From Candidatus Helarchaeota archaeon (GTDB taxonomy: Archaea > Asgardarchaeota > Lokiarchaeia > Helarchaeales > RDOG01): a stretch of 43,381 bases of DNA. Position numbers and translations under genes: made by a program. The notes beneath the pieces were generated by a model, which was not told the DNA's origin, searched no databases, and saw only the letters and a list, made by a program, of their open reading frames with translations. Of this stretch, positions 28,026 to 37,567 are shown in pieces. Position 1 is the first letter of the stretch, and each line of letters begins with the position of its first letter. Where the stretch lies: positions 1 to 43,381 of the forward strand of contig JALGVI010000016.1 of assembly GCA_029838215.1 (NCBI GenBank), given 5' to 3'.

Positions 28026-28802
28026 TCATTTCCTTGAATTGTCGATGGATTCTTTCAAGGCATTCATGTAAAGACATTTATCATATGGCATGCGCGGATC
28101 GAACCTTGCCTTTTCAGCCCGTGTTATGGGAACACCCCGAATTAAGACCAATGGAATGCTTTCATTTGCTTCACCCATTAAAAGCTGGGCGGCTGTAGCC
28201 AGATCATCAGCAATGGCGCGAAACGTGAATTCCAACTTTCGACCAAAAAGGTCTGATTTTCCCCTTTCATCTTCTACGGGTTCGAATCCAGAAGTCGCTA
28301 ACGCCATGCCCACCACGCCTCTACGTAAGGGTTGGGTCTTGCTATCCGATATTATTAGTCCAATCCAAACGCCAAAATGCGTTTCGAGTTTCATTCTAAT
28401 TTCATTTATGGCAGAGTACTCGGGGAAAAGGATGGCATGATTTGGCGGCGCATTTGATAGGTCAATTCCTGCATTGGCAATGAGAACGTCATCTATTTCA
28501 CAAAGAAGCACGCGCTTCATTCCTCCGATTACACGATCAGAATGATCTAAAATAACCTGAACGAAACGTTGATCCATTTCGTACTTCTTTGCAAGAGCCA
28601 AAGCCTTTTTACTGGGAATAATACTATTTAAATCGACCAATCGCCCTTGAGATGATGAAAGTGCACTTTGGGCTAAAACAAGAACATCGCCATCTTGCAA
28701 TTTCAGCTTTGAATTATTCAATTCTTCAACAATCACTTGAAAAATATCATCATTTGGCGTGATCAATCGTGTTTTGATGGGGATTAGCGTGATGGGAGTC
28801 AT
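28026..28802 (-). CDS. cofE: CofE-family gamma-glutamyl ligase (F420-0:L-glutamate ligase or folate glutamylation)
   Basis: Contains LQDGDVLVLAQ, ANAGIDLSN, IISDS...PLRRG, DLFGRKL, IADDLATAAQLLMGEANESIP. Confidence 0.9.
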   Translation of the reverse strand: MTPITLIPIKTRLITPNDDIFQVIVEELNNSKLKLQDGDVLVLAQSALSSSQGRLVDLNSIIPSKKALALAKKYEMDQRFVQVILDHSDRVIGGMKRVLLCEIDDVLIANAGIDLSNAPPNHAILFPEYSAINEIRMKLETHFGVWIGLIISDSKTQPLRRGVVGMALATSGFEPVEDERGKSDLFGRKLEFTFRAIADDLATAAQLLMGEANESIPLVLIRGVPITRAEKARFDPRMPYDKCLYMNALKESIDNSRK

Positions 28803-28807
28803 TTTTT

Positions 28808-29653
28808 TTAATCTCGTATTTTTAAGTCTCGGAAGTATTGAGAGAGTTTAACCATTTGGCGAGACGCTTTGACGTCATGAGTTCTGATGACATGCGCACC
28901 ATTGTATATGGCAATTGCAGTGGATATTAGTGTCCCTTCTAGACGGTCGGCAGGGTCTGGAATCCCGAGAATGTCCCCAATAAAAGATTTTCGGGAAATA
29001 CCGATTAGTATTGGTTTATTAAGGATTCGAAGTTCTTCGAGTCGATTTATTAAATGAACATTATGATTTGCGGTCTTTTCGGGAATCCATCGTCCAATCC
29101 CGGGGTCGATAATAATATTGCGTGGATCAAGACCCCGTCCTTCGACAGATTCAATTGCTTCTTTCAATACCTGAATGGCCGTGTTGACAGTTAGAGCATC
29201 TCCAGGACGGAATTCTGTCGCCATGAGAATGACAGCAGCAGAAAAATCCGCAATGACATCGACCATTTTCGCATCGGTCTTAAAACTACTGATGTCATTA
29301 ATGACATGCGCACCAGCTTCCAAGCATTCTCTTGCAATTTCGGCATGTTGCGTGTCAATTGAAATCAAGCACTCATGATCTTTCGTTATGCTTTTCACTA
29401 CAGGAATGAGGCGATTTTTTTCTTCAGAAATTGAAATAGGCGCCACGCCAGGAGCGGTTGATCGTGCACCGACATCAATGATGGTTGCACCAGAATCAAT
29501 CATCTCTTGAATGCGGACAGAAATGTCTTCTGGTTTTGAAAAAAAAGAGTGATTATAAAAGGATTCTCGAGAAAGATTGATAATTCCCATTAACCGCACG
29601 GGATGAAAGTCCCCAATTGCAAGACCGTGTATCATCGTTTCGATTTTGGACAT
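28808..29653 (-). CDS. folP: Dihydropteroate synthase
   Basis: Contains MGIINLSRESF, IDVGARSTAPG, ISIDT, VINDIS, IIDPGIG, ISRKSFIG and IRTHDV. Confidence 0.95.
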   Translation of the reverse strand: MSKIETMIHGLAIGDFHPVRLMGIINLSRESFYNHSFFSKPEDISVRIQEMIDSGATIIDVGARSTAPGVAPISISEEKNRLIPVVKSITKDHECLISIDTQHAEIARECLEAGAHVINDISSFKTDAKMVDVIADFSAAVILMATEFRPGDALTVNTAIQVLKEAIESVEGRGLDPRNIIIDPGIGRWIPEKTANHNVHLINRLEELRILNKPILIGISRKSFIGDILGIPDPADRLEGTLISTAIAIYNGAHVIRTHDVKASRQMVKLSQYFRDLKIRD

Positions 29654-29664
29654 TCAAATCTCCA

Positions 29665-31224
29665 TTAATGTTTAAAACAGCGGTGACCTGTAAAAACCAT
29701 TGGTATGTTTTCTTCGTTGGCTGCCGCAATGACTTCTTGGTCCCGTATGGAACCTCCTGGTTGAATAATGGCAATAATTCCCGCTTTCTTGGCGGCTTCA
29801 ATTGCATCGGGGAAAGGAAAGAAAGCATCCGATGCCAATACCGCACCTTTCACGCGGTCTGCGGCTTTTCGAATTGCGATCAGGACAGAATCGATTCGAC
29901 TCATTTGTCCCGCCCCAACACCAATGACTTGAAAATCCTTGGCAAGGAGAATGGCATTAGATTTAACGTGCTTCAAGACTTTCCACGCAAAAAGCAATTG
30001 AGGAATGACATGCTCAGGAGGTGCCATTTTCGTTACAACTTTTAAGTCCGTGGCACTAATTTCCAGGGTATCGCGTGTTTGGAGTAATAGTCCTCCTTTA
30101 ACCTTCCTGTAATCTACGGGTTCGAATTTTCTCATGGTAGAAATCGAAGGCAGTTCAAGGACTCGAAGATTCTGCTTCTTCTTGAACGCTTCTAATGCGG
30201 CAATGGAAAAACTGGGTGCAATCACGCACTCAACAAATGTCGATGTTATTTCCTCTGCCGTATCCACGTCAACGTCACGATTCAACGCAACAATGCTCCC
30301 AAATGCAGACATGGGATCACCTGCACGCGCCCGCACGTATGCTTCTTTCAATGATGAAGCCACCGCAGTTCCGCAAGGATTGGTGTGTTTGATGACAACC
30401 GCAGCAGGTTCGGAAAATTCTTGGATGATGGACAAAGCCGAATCCAGATCCAGATAATTGTTGAATGAAAGATCTTTACCCTGATGTTGTTTTGCTGCCG
30501 TGATAACGAGCCCAATGGGAAAAGGATCTTCGTAAAACGTTGCTTTCTGATGCGGGTTCTCACCATACCGAAGCTCTTGTTTTTTCCGATATCCCATGAC
30601 AAGCTTTGTCGGAAAGTCATCGGATTGGTCTAAGAATCGATTTTCTAGAAAACGATAGATAAGGCTATCATAATATGCGGTATGCTGAAACGCCTTCACG
30701 GCAAGATATCTTCGCAACTCAAGAGAAACATCACCATTTGAAGATTCCATGGCTTCTCGAACTTTAGAGTAATAAGTAGGATCAACAATGACCACGACAT
30801 CAGCATGATTCTTAGCCGCTGACCGAATTAGCGTGGGACCTCCAATATCAATGTTTTCGATGGCATCTTCCAAGGAAACGTTGGGATCGGAAGTCGTGGC
30901 TTCAAAAGGATAGAGGTTCACGACCACCATATCAATTGGTTGGATGTCATGTCTTGACATTTGTTCAACGTGATCCTGCTTACTTCTAAGTGCCAAAATG
31001 CCACCGTGAATCTTAGGATGAAGTGTTTTAACGCGCCCATCGAGCATTTCGGGAAATTTTGTCACATTTGATACGGGAGTGATAGAAATTCCGGCTTCAT
31101 TTAATACACGAGCCGTTCCTCCCGTTGAGATAATTTCAATATCAAAACGCTTCAAGAATTGAGCAAATTCAATTAAGCCGGTTTTATCTGAGACGCTAAT
31201 AAGCGCCCGTGAGATCTTTGTCAT
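29665..31224 (-). CDS. purH: Bifunctional AICAR transformylase/IMP cyclohydrolase
   Basis: Contains ALISVSDKTG, GRVKTLHPKIHGGIL, IDIGGPT, LRYGENPHQ, KHTNPCG, VKSNAI, GAGQMSRIDS, ASDAFFPF and IQPGGSIRD. Confidence 0.98.
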   Translation of the reverse strand: MTKISRALISVSDKTGLIEFAQFLKRFDIEIISTGGTARVLNEAGISITPVSNVTKFPEMLDGRVKTLHPKIHGGILALRSKQDHVEQMSRHDIQPIDMVVVNLYPFEATTSDPNVSLEDAIENIDIGGPTLIRSAAKNHADVVVIVDPTYYSKVREAMESSNGDVSLELRRYLAVKAFQHTAYYDSLIYRFLENRFLDQSDDFPTKLVMGYRKKQELRYGENPHQKATFYEDPFPIGLVITAAKQHQGKDLSFNNYLDLDSALSIIQEFSEPAAVVIKHTNPCGTAVASSLKEAYVRARAGDPMSAFGSIVALNRDVDVDTAEEITSTFVECVIAPSFSIAALEAFKKKQNLRVLELPSISTMRKFEPVDYRKVKGGLLLQTRDTLEISATDLKVVTKMAPPEHVIPQLLFAWKVLKHVKSNAILLAKDFQVIGVGAGQMSRIDSVLIAIRKAADRVKGAVLASDAFFPFPDAIEAAKKAGIIAIIQPGGSIRDQEVIAAANEENIPMVFTGHRCFKH

Positions 31225-31346
31225 GCTTTCTCCTCTAGCAGGTATTAATCAATATCTCGATAGCAACTTTAAAGTAAGTTATTTTTGATCGTTATTAAAA
31301 TTACGCAGGATGTCAAAAAGCCTGAATTCGTGAAATATTCGAATAA

Positions 31347-31769
31347 ATGACGATCTTTGGAGTCTTAAAAATGGGAAAGAGCAACATCATTGAAATCAAG
31401 GAAAAAATAGAGTCTTATTTAAGAGCAGGGAATTTGAAAAAAGCAAGCAAGGAAATCAAGTCGGCAGAAAAGAAGTTCTTGGATGAACCGTATTTAATTT
31501 TTTACAAGGGAATGATTAACTGGAATTCAAAGCAATATGAAGATGCAATTGCGAATTTCAAAGAATGTCTGAAGAGTGCTTTACTGGAAGAAGGACAGGG
31601 CATTTATGCAGAGTTCAAGAAAGGACAGGTTTATTATTACATGGGTCTCTGTTATGACATGCTAGGAAATACGGAAGAAGCCATCATACAAATAAAGAAA
31701 GCACTTCATGAAGAACCAACTAATTTTGAATACCAAGAAATGCTTGATGAATTGCAGGCAGAGCTCTAA
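31347..31769 (+). CDS. Small TPR-repeat protein
   Basis: TPR consensus in YKG...YEDAIANFKECL and YYMGLCY..LG..EEAI..IKKAL..EP. May start at ATG 31371. Confidence 0.8.
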   Translation: MTIFGVLKMGKSNIIEIKEKIESYLRAGNLKKASKEIKSAEKKFLDEPYLIFYKGMINWNSKQYEDAIANFKECLKSALLEEGQGIYAEFKKGQVYYYMGLCYDMLGNTEEAIIQIKKALHEEPTNFEYQEMLDELQAEL

Positions 31770-31874
31770 ATTCCAATTACTCATTTTTATAACATAAAAA
31801 ATCTTGCTTTGTCATGAACAGCAAGTCTTAATTTATTAAAACGAGATTAATAAAATAGAAGAACGGAAATATGT

Positions 31875-31933
31875 AATCCTCCAAATTACTTGAAATAAAA
31901 AATCCTCCAAATTACTTGAAATAAAAAATCCTC
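31875..31933 (+). repeat. Perfect 26-bp tandem duplication (two full copies plus a 7-bp partial)
   Basis: aatcctccaaattacttgaaataaaa at 31875-31900 and 31901-31926, then aatcctc at 31927-31933. Confidence 0.9.
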
Positions 31934-31945
31934 AAGAAGAGAACC

Positions 31946-33499
31946 ATGTTTTTCCCTGCATTTGATATTATCATTGAAATTATTGTAGTAGCCATATTCA
32001 TCTTGGTCATATACACGATCGCTAGCGAGAAGATACACCGTGCTCTCATCGCTTTAATAGGTGCTGCCATAGTTTACATCATTCTAATGTTTTCCGGAAA
32101 AGTAACGATCCTTGAAATCATTGGTTTCGCTTTTGGGACTTCACAAGATGGATTTACGAACTTTCACTCAATTTTACTGATTTTCGGAATGATGCTTATT
32201 GTTGAGGTCTGTAATTCTGCGGGTGTTTTCCAATTTATAGCATTTTTTCTAGTGCAAAAGGCAAGAGGTAATTCGACGGTTATTTTGATATTGATATGTG
32301 TGTTATCCGCAATAATGTCAGCGATTTTAAACAATATCTTAACAGTTATCATATTGATCCCACTCATAATTCAAATATCTCGTATTTTGAACATTGATCC
32401 TGAAAAATACATAATAAGTGCCGCTATTTTAGTGAACGTAGGGGGATTATTCTTTCAGATTAGTTCCATTCCCAACATTTTAATAACAAATTACTTCCAA
32501 ATCTCATTTGCGGAGTTTTTGATCAACGTTGGTTTTTTCAGCATGATCATTCTCGGTATTTCAATCATGTTATTTGTAATCGCGTTTCGAAAAAGTCTAA
32601 AAGTGCCTGAAGACCGACTTGTTAAATACCTTCGAGAAATCGATCCATGGAACTTTGTATCATCAAAGAAACTCTTTTTTGAAGCATCTATAATCTTAAT
32701 TATCGTGATAACGTTATTCATCCTACCAATGAAGGAAATAACCTTTGGAATTTTATCGACAGATATCATTGCATTAATCGGTGGTGTCACGCTTTTGATT
32801 ATTTCAAGGCTAGATGCCAGAGAGACCTTAAAAAAAATAGATTTTTCCCTTATTATTTATTTACTTGCCATTTTCATAGTCGTTGGAGGTCTTGAAGCGG
32901 TCGGGCTTGTTGCTCAGGTGGCGGCAGCGATGTTAGGTATCCAAGCATTTTTCGGAAACACGCCATTAGTGACGGTTCTCCTAACGCTTTGGTTATCCGC
33001 GGGATTAAGTTCTATTGTCGACAACATACCGATCACGCAGACATTAATTCCAACAATCGGTCTCGTGACCCAGGGATATCCACATTTTATAGCCCGACAA
33101 ACGCAATATAGTCTTGCATTCGGAGCCAATCTAGGTGACAATCTAACACCAATGGGTGATAATATCCTTGTAATGAACATTGCAGAAGAAAATGGACGCC
33201 CAATCACGCAAAAACAATTCTTTCGGATTGGATTTATCACCACCATCATTCAATTAATGATCGTAACGATGTTTTACATCTATCTTTTAGAAATCATCTT
33301 GGGAATAATCCTGACGATCTTTATCGCATCCATCACGGGTATTATTTTATATTTGTATTATCTGAACAAGAAGAAATCAATTTTTAGGTCGTTTTTCGAT
33401 TTATTTTCAACATTTTGGAGTAATATTAAGATTTCTTTAAAAAAAATAACAAAAAGAAAAGGAGAAAACGATGACACCATCAAACTTGGAAAAAATTAA
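31946..33499 (+). CDS. ArsB/NhaD/SLC13 (IT superfamily, P-protein-like) permease
   Basis: Contains SEKIHR, LIFGMM...G.FQF.A, LNNILTV, SSIPNILI, IDFSLIIY, SSIVDNIP and GANLGDNLTPMG. Confidence 0.88.
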   Translation: MFFPAFDIIIEIIVVAIFILVIYTIASEKIHRALIALIGAAIVYIILMFSGKVTILEIIGFAFGTSQDGFTNFHSILLIFGMMLIVEVCNSAGVFQFIAFFLVQKARGNSTVILILICVLSAIMSAILNNILTVIILIPLIIQISRILNIDPEKYIISAAILVNVGGLFFQISSIPNILITNYFQISFAEFLINVGFFSMIILGISIMLFVIAFRKSLKVPEDRLVKYLREIDPWNFVSSKKLFFEASIILIIVITLFILPMKEITFGILSTDIIALIGGVTLLIISRLDARETLKKIDFSLIIYLLAIFIVVGGLEAVGLVAQVAAAMLGIQAFFGNTPLVTVLLTLWLSAGLSSIVDNIPITQTLIPTIGLVTQGYPHFIARQTQYSLAFGANLGDNLTPMGDNILVMNIAEENGRPITQKQFFRIGFITTIIQLMIVTMFYIYLLEIILGIILTIFIASITGIILYLYYLNKKKSIFRSFFDLFSTFWSNIKISLKKITKRKGENDDTIKLGKN

Positions 33500-34400
33500 G
33501 GAAAAAATACCGGAATTATTGTACGGTGCGGTATTTTATACGAACGGATTGATTATTGAAAGACTTTTAGATCCTTCATTTAACATCACGAAAATTGGCT
33601 CCATTCTGAGCGAAATCATCAAGAATATAAAGAATTTTCTCGCAGAAATAAAAGAAGAAACAACAGAATACAAGAGAATAACTTTTCTGGTCGGGAATAA
33701 GAAGATTGCAGTTTTACGAATTGGGGAGGACACGCATGCCATATTCGTATTTGAAAACCTATGGGAACCAATGCAAATCATCGTAAAAAAAATTAAAGAA
33801 GACTTGATCCACATTTCCGAAATTATAGACATCCCACTCTCGGAAATTGAAAAAAATAAGTTAATGGAACAAATTGAAAATCTCAAAAGAGAAAAGAAAC
33901 AACTTGAGAAAAAAGAGAAGGAACTCAAGGAAAATCTTGAAACATTAGAGGAACGGTGCGAATTTCGACAATCATTAAAGCAAGATCTTGAAGAAGACGT
34001 TGATGTTCTAGCATCCAAAAGAGATAAGATTACAGATAGATTAAAAAGCGTGAATGAAATCTATGATGACTACGAATCTCGAGAAAAACTCACGGATCGT
34101 CAAGAGATCTTGTTCAAGCTGACAGGAGCAGAAAAACAACGACTAGAACACAGATTGGATTCACTAAACCAAAGAATTGCAGAAGAAAAACAAAAGAAAG
34201 AAAAACTTCTCATGAAAATTGAGAGAGAAGAAAAAGAAGACGCAAAAAAAAGAGAGTTATTAATTGAAAACACAGAAAAAATCAAAGAGAAAAAAGAAGA
34301 AATTCTTGAAAAAGAAATAGATCTTGCCGAAAAAGCACAAGAAATAGGAAAAAAAGAATTGAAACCAGAAAACCTTCTTGATACAGAAACGAAAGAATAG
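33471..34400 (+). CDS. Roadblock-like N-terminal domain plus long charged coiled coil
   Basis: The N-terminal 115 aa (YGAVFYTNGLII...RITFLVGNKKIAVLRIGEDTHAIFVF) has roadblock-like strand order, followed by E/K-rich heptads. An AGGAG SD lies upstream, and the gene overlaps the permease by 29 nt. Confidence 0.65.
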   Translation: MTPSNLEKIKEKIPELLYGAVFYTNGLIIERLLDPSFNITKIGSILSEIIKNIKNFLAEIKEETTEYKRITFLVGNKKIAVLRIGEDTHAIFVFENLWEPMQIIVKKIKEDLIHISEIIDIPLSEIEKNKLMEQIENLKREKKQLEKKEKELKENLETLEERCEFRQSLKQDLEEDVDVLASKRDKITDRLKSVNEIYDDYESREKLTDRQEILFKLTGAEKQRLEHRLDSLNQRIAEEKQKKEKLLMKIEREEKEDAKKRELLIENTEKIKEKKEEILEKEIDLAEKAQEIGKKELKPENLLDTETKE

Positions 34401-34404
34401 ATGA

Positions 34405-35574
34405 CTAAACGGAAAAATCTACAAACATTAAATAGAATTTTCTTAGTTTCTTGGATTCAATGATTTTATTTCCTTTTATTGAGAGTGATTTAACGAGCAA
34501 TCGTGTCGTCCGCTGTTCTCCCATGAACCCTAGTTTTCCCAAAACTTTCTCAGCATATTGTGGTAATAAAGCATTCACGATACCAACCGTTTTATGAAGG
34601 GAACGTAAAATAGTCGCAACGAAACCCTTTTTCAATTCCATTCCTTCGGGGTTAGATTCAATGTCTTCCGAAAATGCAAGATTCTGAAAGAAAGCCATTG
34701 GAATATAGCCACTAACCATGTAGATTTCGCTAATTTCCGAACTCAAGGTTGCTTTTATTTCGCCATCATCATCCCATACCCAAACGTGATATCCGAATGG
34801 AGTGTCCTTAAATTGCTCACGTGATTTATAATCGCGCTTTTCTAATGTCATCATTTCGTTCGTGTATTTTTTAAATTCCTCGAGTGTCCACGTTCGAGCC
34901 AGATCTAAACGCTTTGTATAATCATTCAAGAGCTTCACGATTGTGGGATAGTCTTCAGGCGTGGCTTCACGGATGGTTCCACCTGCCAATTCATGATTTT
35001 TCAATCTGGCCACGATCCTCGCAGCCTGGGCTTCTACAACGTTGAGGTTGCGTGCGTCACGTAGCATGTCCACGCCTTCTTTTCCCAGAAGCTTTATCTT
35101 TCCCTCAACATTTTTATTCATTACAACCATTTTGTGATGTTCTTTCAAAAATTCAATCTCAGGAGTATTTTTGCTTGCAATGGGCAGGCAATAAATGAAA
35201 TCCGCTTCCCTTTTCGCAATTCGTGAGAATAATTCTGTTGCAAGACGATCTAGAATTTCAGCACCTTCATCCCAATAATCAGGATCGATTCCGAGAAATC
35301 CAATCACGGCGGCCTTCATTGGCTCACCTTTAAACCTGCAAGATATTATTTCAGCACCTAACGTTCCAACGACTTTATCATCAACTCGGGCTTCCAGTAC
35401 TAATTCAGGATCGCTAAAAACAGAATCCAAGCTGAATTCCGTAAAAAACGCATCATAGATCGTTCCGATATCTTGGTCCATCGTATCTCTAAATTTTACT
35501 CGAATTCTTCGATATAAATCAGCCAAATATTCAAAATCCCGCGTTAACGGCTGAATTTCAACATCCATCTTCAT
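34405..35574 (-). CDS. Tandem-GNAT acyltransferase resembling N-myristoyltransferase
   Basis: Two GNAT halves. [34 protein letters not shown] and VNALL...LGKLGF parallel NMT C-domain segments. The start is probably ATG 35574 or 35568 (AGGTG SD), not the track's 35601. Confidence 0.7.
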   Translation of the reverse strand: [389 protein letters not shown]

Positions 35575-35744
35575 CCACCTGCGTGAAGCGTTAAAAAACA
35601 TGTTTCAGATATTCTAATTTTTTAATAAATTGGTTTTAATTGAATTTAAAGATATTGATTTTCTTAACGAATTATCCTTTGTCTAAGAATATTTATTATC
35701 ATTCCTGCTTTTATTAAACTAAATAAATCAGTAGGAGAGGAAAC

Positions 35745-36512
35745 ATGTCTTCAAATTTGAAAAATATCATCATCACGGGAGCAGGTTCAGGCTTTGGCAG
35801 AGCAATGGCAATTAGACTATCGGCAGAAGGATATAATTTAATCTTGAGCGATATTAACGAAGAAACATTGCAAGAAACCGCACGGCTCATAAAATCCAGC
35901 GAAACGAAAATCCTCTTACAAGCAGGGGATGTTGGAAATCCGGGATTTCTCAAGTCAATGGTCAAAAATGCCATTGAAGAATTTCAAGATCTGCACGTTC
36001 TAATAAATAATGCAGGCATTAGTGGCGATGTAATGAACATGATCGACTTGCCGGAACCAGCATTGATGCGTGTTTTTGACGTGAACTTCAAGGCTTATTG
36101 GCTTCTTTGCAAGCTCGTTGCAAAAAAGATGAAAACTCAAAAAAAACTGAAGCCGATACGTGGAAAAATCATAAACATATCCTCGATTGCAGGAAAACAA
36201 CCATTAGAAATGCTAGGAGCATATTCGTGCAGTAAGGCAGCCGTGAATGCCATGACCATCATTCTCGCAAAAGAGTTGGCACCGAGGATCACGGTAAATG
36301 CCGTTTGTCCGGGGTTTCACGTTACGGGCATATACAAAAACGATCCAAATTTGGTTCAGGACTACATGAAAATTGTAAACCAAAAAATTCGTTTAAGAAG
36401 ATTAGGAACTGCCGAGGACATAGCAAATATCGTTTCATTTCTTGTTTCAGATGACTCAAATTACATGACGGGGCAATTAATCAACTATGATGGTGGGATC
36501 ATTTTTCACTAA
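35745..36512 (+). CDS. Classical SDR oxidoreductase
   Basis: Contains TGAGSGFG, an acidic residue after beta2 (SDIN), NNAG, NISS, YSCSK and NAVCPG. Confidence 0.95.
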   Translation: MSSNLKNIIITGAGSGFGRAMAIRLSAEGYNLILSDINEETLQETARLIKSSETKILLQAGDVGNPGFLKSMVKNAIEEFQDLHVLINNAGISGDVMNMIDLPEPALMRVFDVNFKAYWLLCKLVAKKMKTQKKLKPIRGKIINISSIAGKQPLEMLGAYSCSKAAVNAMTIILAKELAPRITVNAVCPGFHVTGIYKNDPNLVQDYMKIVNQKIRLRRLGTAEDIANIVSFLVSDDSNYMTGQLINYDGGIIFH

Positions 36513-37561
36513 TGGTGCTCACGATGAACGAAACTAAAGCAAAGCATGCAACAATTTATCACGATGAAGATGTTTCAGACGAATTGGTCGAAGCATTAAG
36601 AAAAAAAGTTATCGCAATAATCGGTTATGGAAACCAAGGACGCTCTCAAGCACTAAACCTGCGCGATAGTGGAATGAACGTAATCATTGGTAATATAGAA
36701 GATGAATACAAGAAAAAAGCTCAAGAAGATGGATTCAAAGTAGAAAGCATTGAAGGAGCAACAAAACACGCAGACATTCTCATGATTTTAATTCCGGATG
36801 AGATTCAAGCAGATATCTTTGAGGAAAAAATAAAGCCAAATTTGACATCGGGTAAAACCATCGATTTTGCCACCGGTTATAACGTTGCTTTCAAGGAAAT
36901 AACAGGAATGCAAATACCAATAGACGTGGACATAATCATGATAGCGCCACGAATGATTGGCGTTGGCGTGAGAGAGAAATACCTGAGCGGGGAAGGATTT
37001 TTTAGTTTTATTGCCATGGAGCAAGATGCTACAGGAAATGCAAAGAATACTTTGCTAGGGCTTGCGAAAGCACTGGGAACCACGAAAGCGGGAGCCATCG
37101 AGACTTCTTTCAGAGATGAAGCACATCTCGATCTATACACGGAGCAGGCATTCGGTCCAGCATTTGGGCAAGTTTTAATGAACTCCCTTGAGGTACTGGT
37201 GGAGTCAGGCTACCCTGTTGAAGCAATTTTCGTGGAGATTTACATGAGTGGCGAATTTAGCTTCACGCTTAAGGAGATGGCTGAGATCGGCATAGTTGAA
37301 CAGATGAAATTTCACTCACCCACATCTCAATATGGGTCTCTCACGCGTGGCGCCCGGTTCATTAATCCAAAATTGAAAGAATTAATGGCAAAAAGCCTGT
37401 CAGAAATCCAATCTGGAAAGTTCGCTCGTGAATGGAAACGCGCGCAGAAGCGGGGAAAAGATCCAGTGGCGTCTTTGAAACAAACAGCATTACAAATGCC
37501 GATAAATAAGTTAGAACGAGAAGTCCGTAAAAGACTCAAGATGAATCCCGAAAAGAAATGA
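36512..37561 (+). CDS. ilvC: Ketol-acid reductoisomerase (class I)
   Basis: Contains IIGYGNQGRSQALNLRDSG, LIPDE, APRMIG, DLYTEQ, SPTSQYG and GKFAREW. The start overlaps the SDR stop (TAATG). Confidence 0.92.
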   Translation: MVLTMNETKAKHATIYHDEDVSDELVEALRKKVIAIIGYGNQGRSQALNLRDSGMNVIIGNIEDEYKKKAQEDGFKVESIEGATKHADILMILIPDEIQADIFEEKIKPNLTSGKTIDFATGYNVAFKEITGMQIPIDVDIIMIAPRMIGVGVREKYLSGEGFFSFIAMEQDATGNAKNTLLGLAKALGTTKAGAIETSFRDEAHLDLYTEQAFGPAFGQVLMNSLEVLVESGYPVEAIFVEIYMSGEFSFTLKEMAEIGIVEQMKFHSPTSQYGSLTRGARFINPKLKELMAKSLSEIQSGKFAREWKRAQKRGKDPVASLKQTALQMPINKLEREVRKRLKMNPEKK

Positions 37562-37567
37562 TTTCTT

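Noticed and set aside
31875-31933. Mini-CRISPR or att site
   Set aside because: Adjacent copies with no spacer, and no integrase or tRNA nearby.
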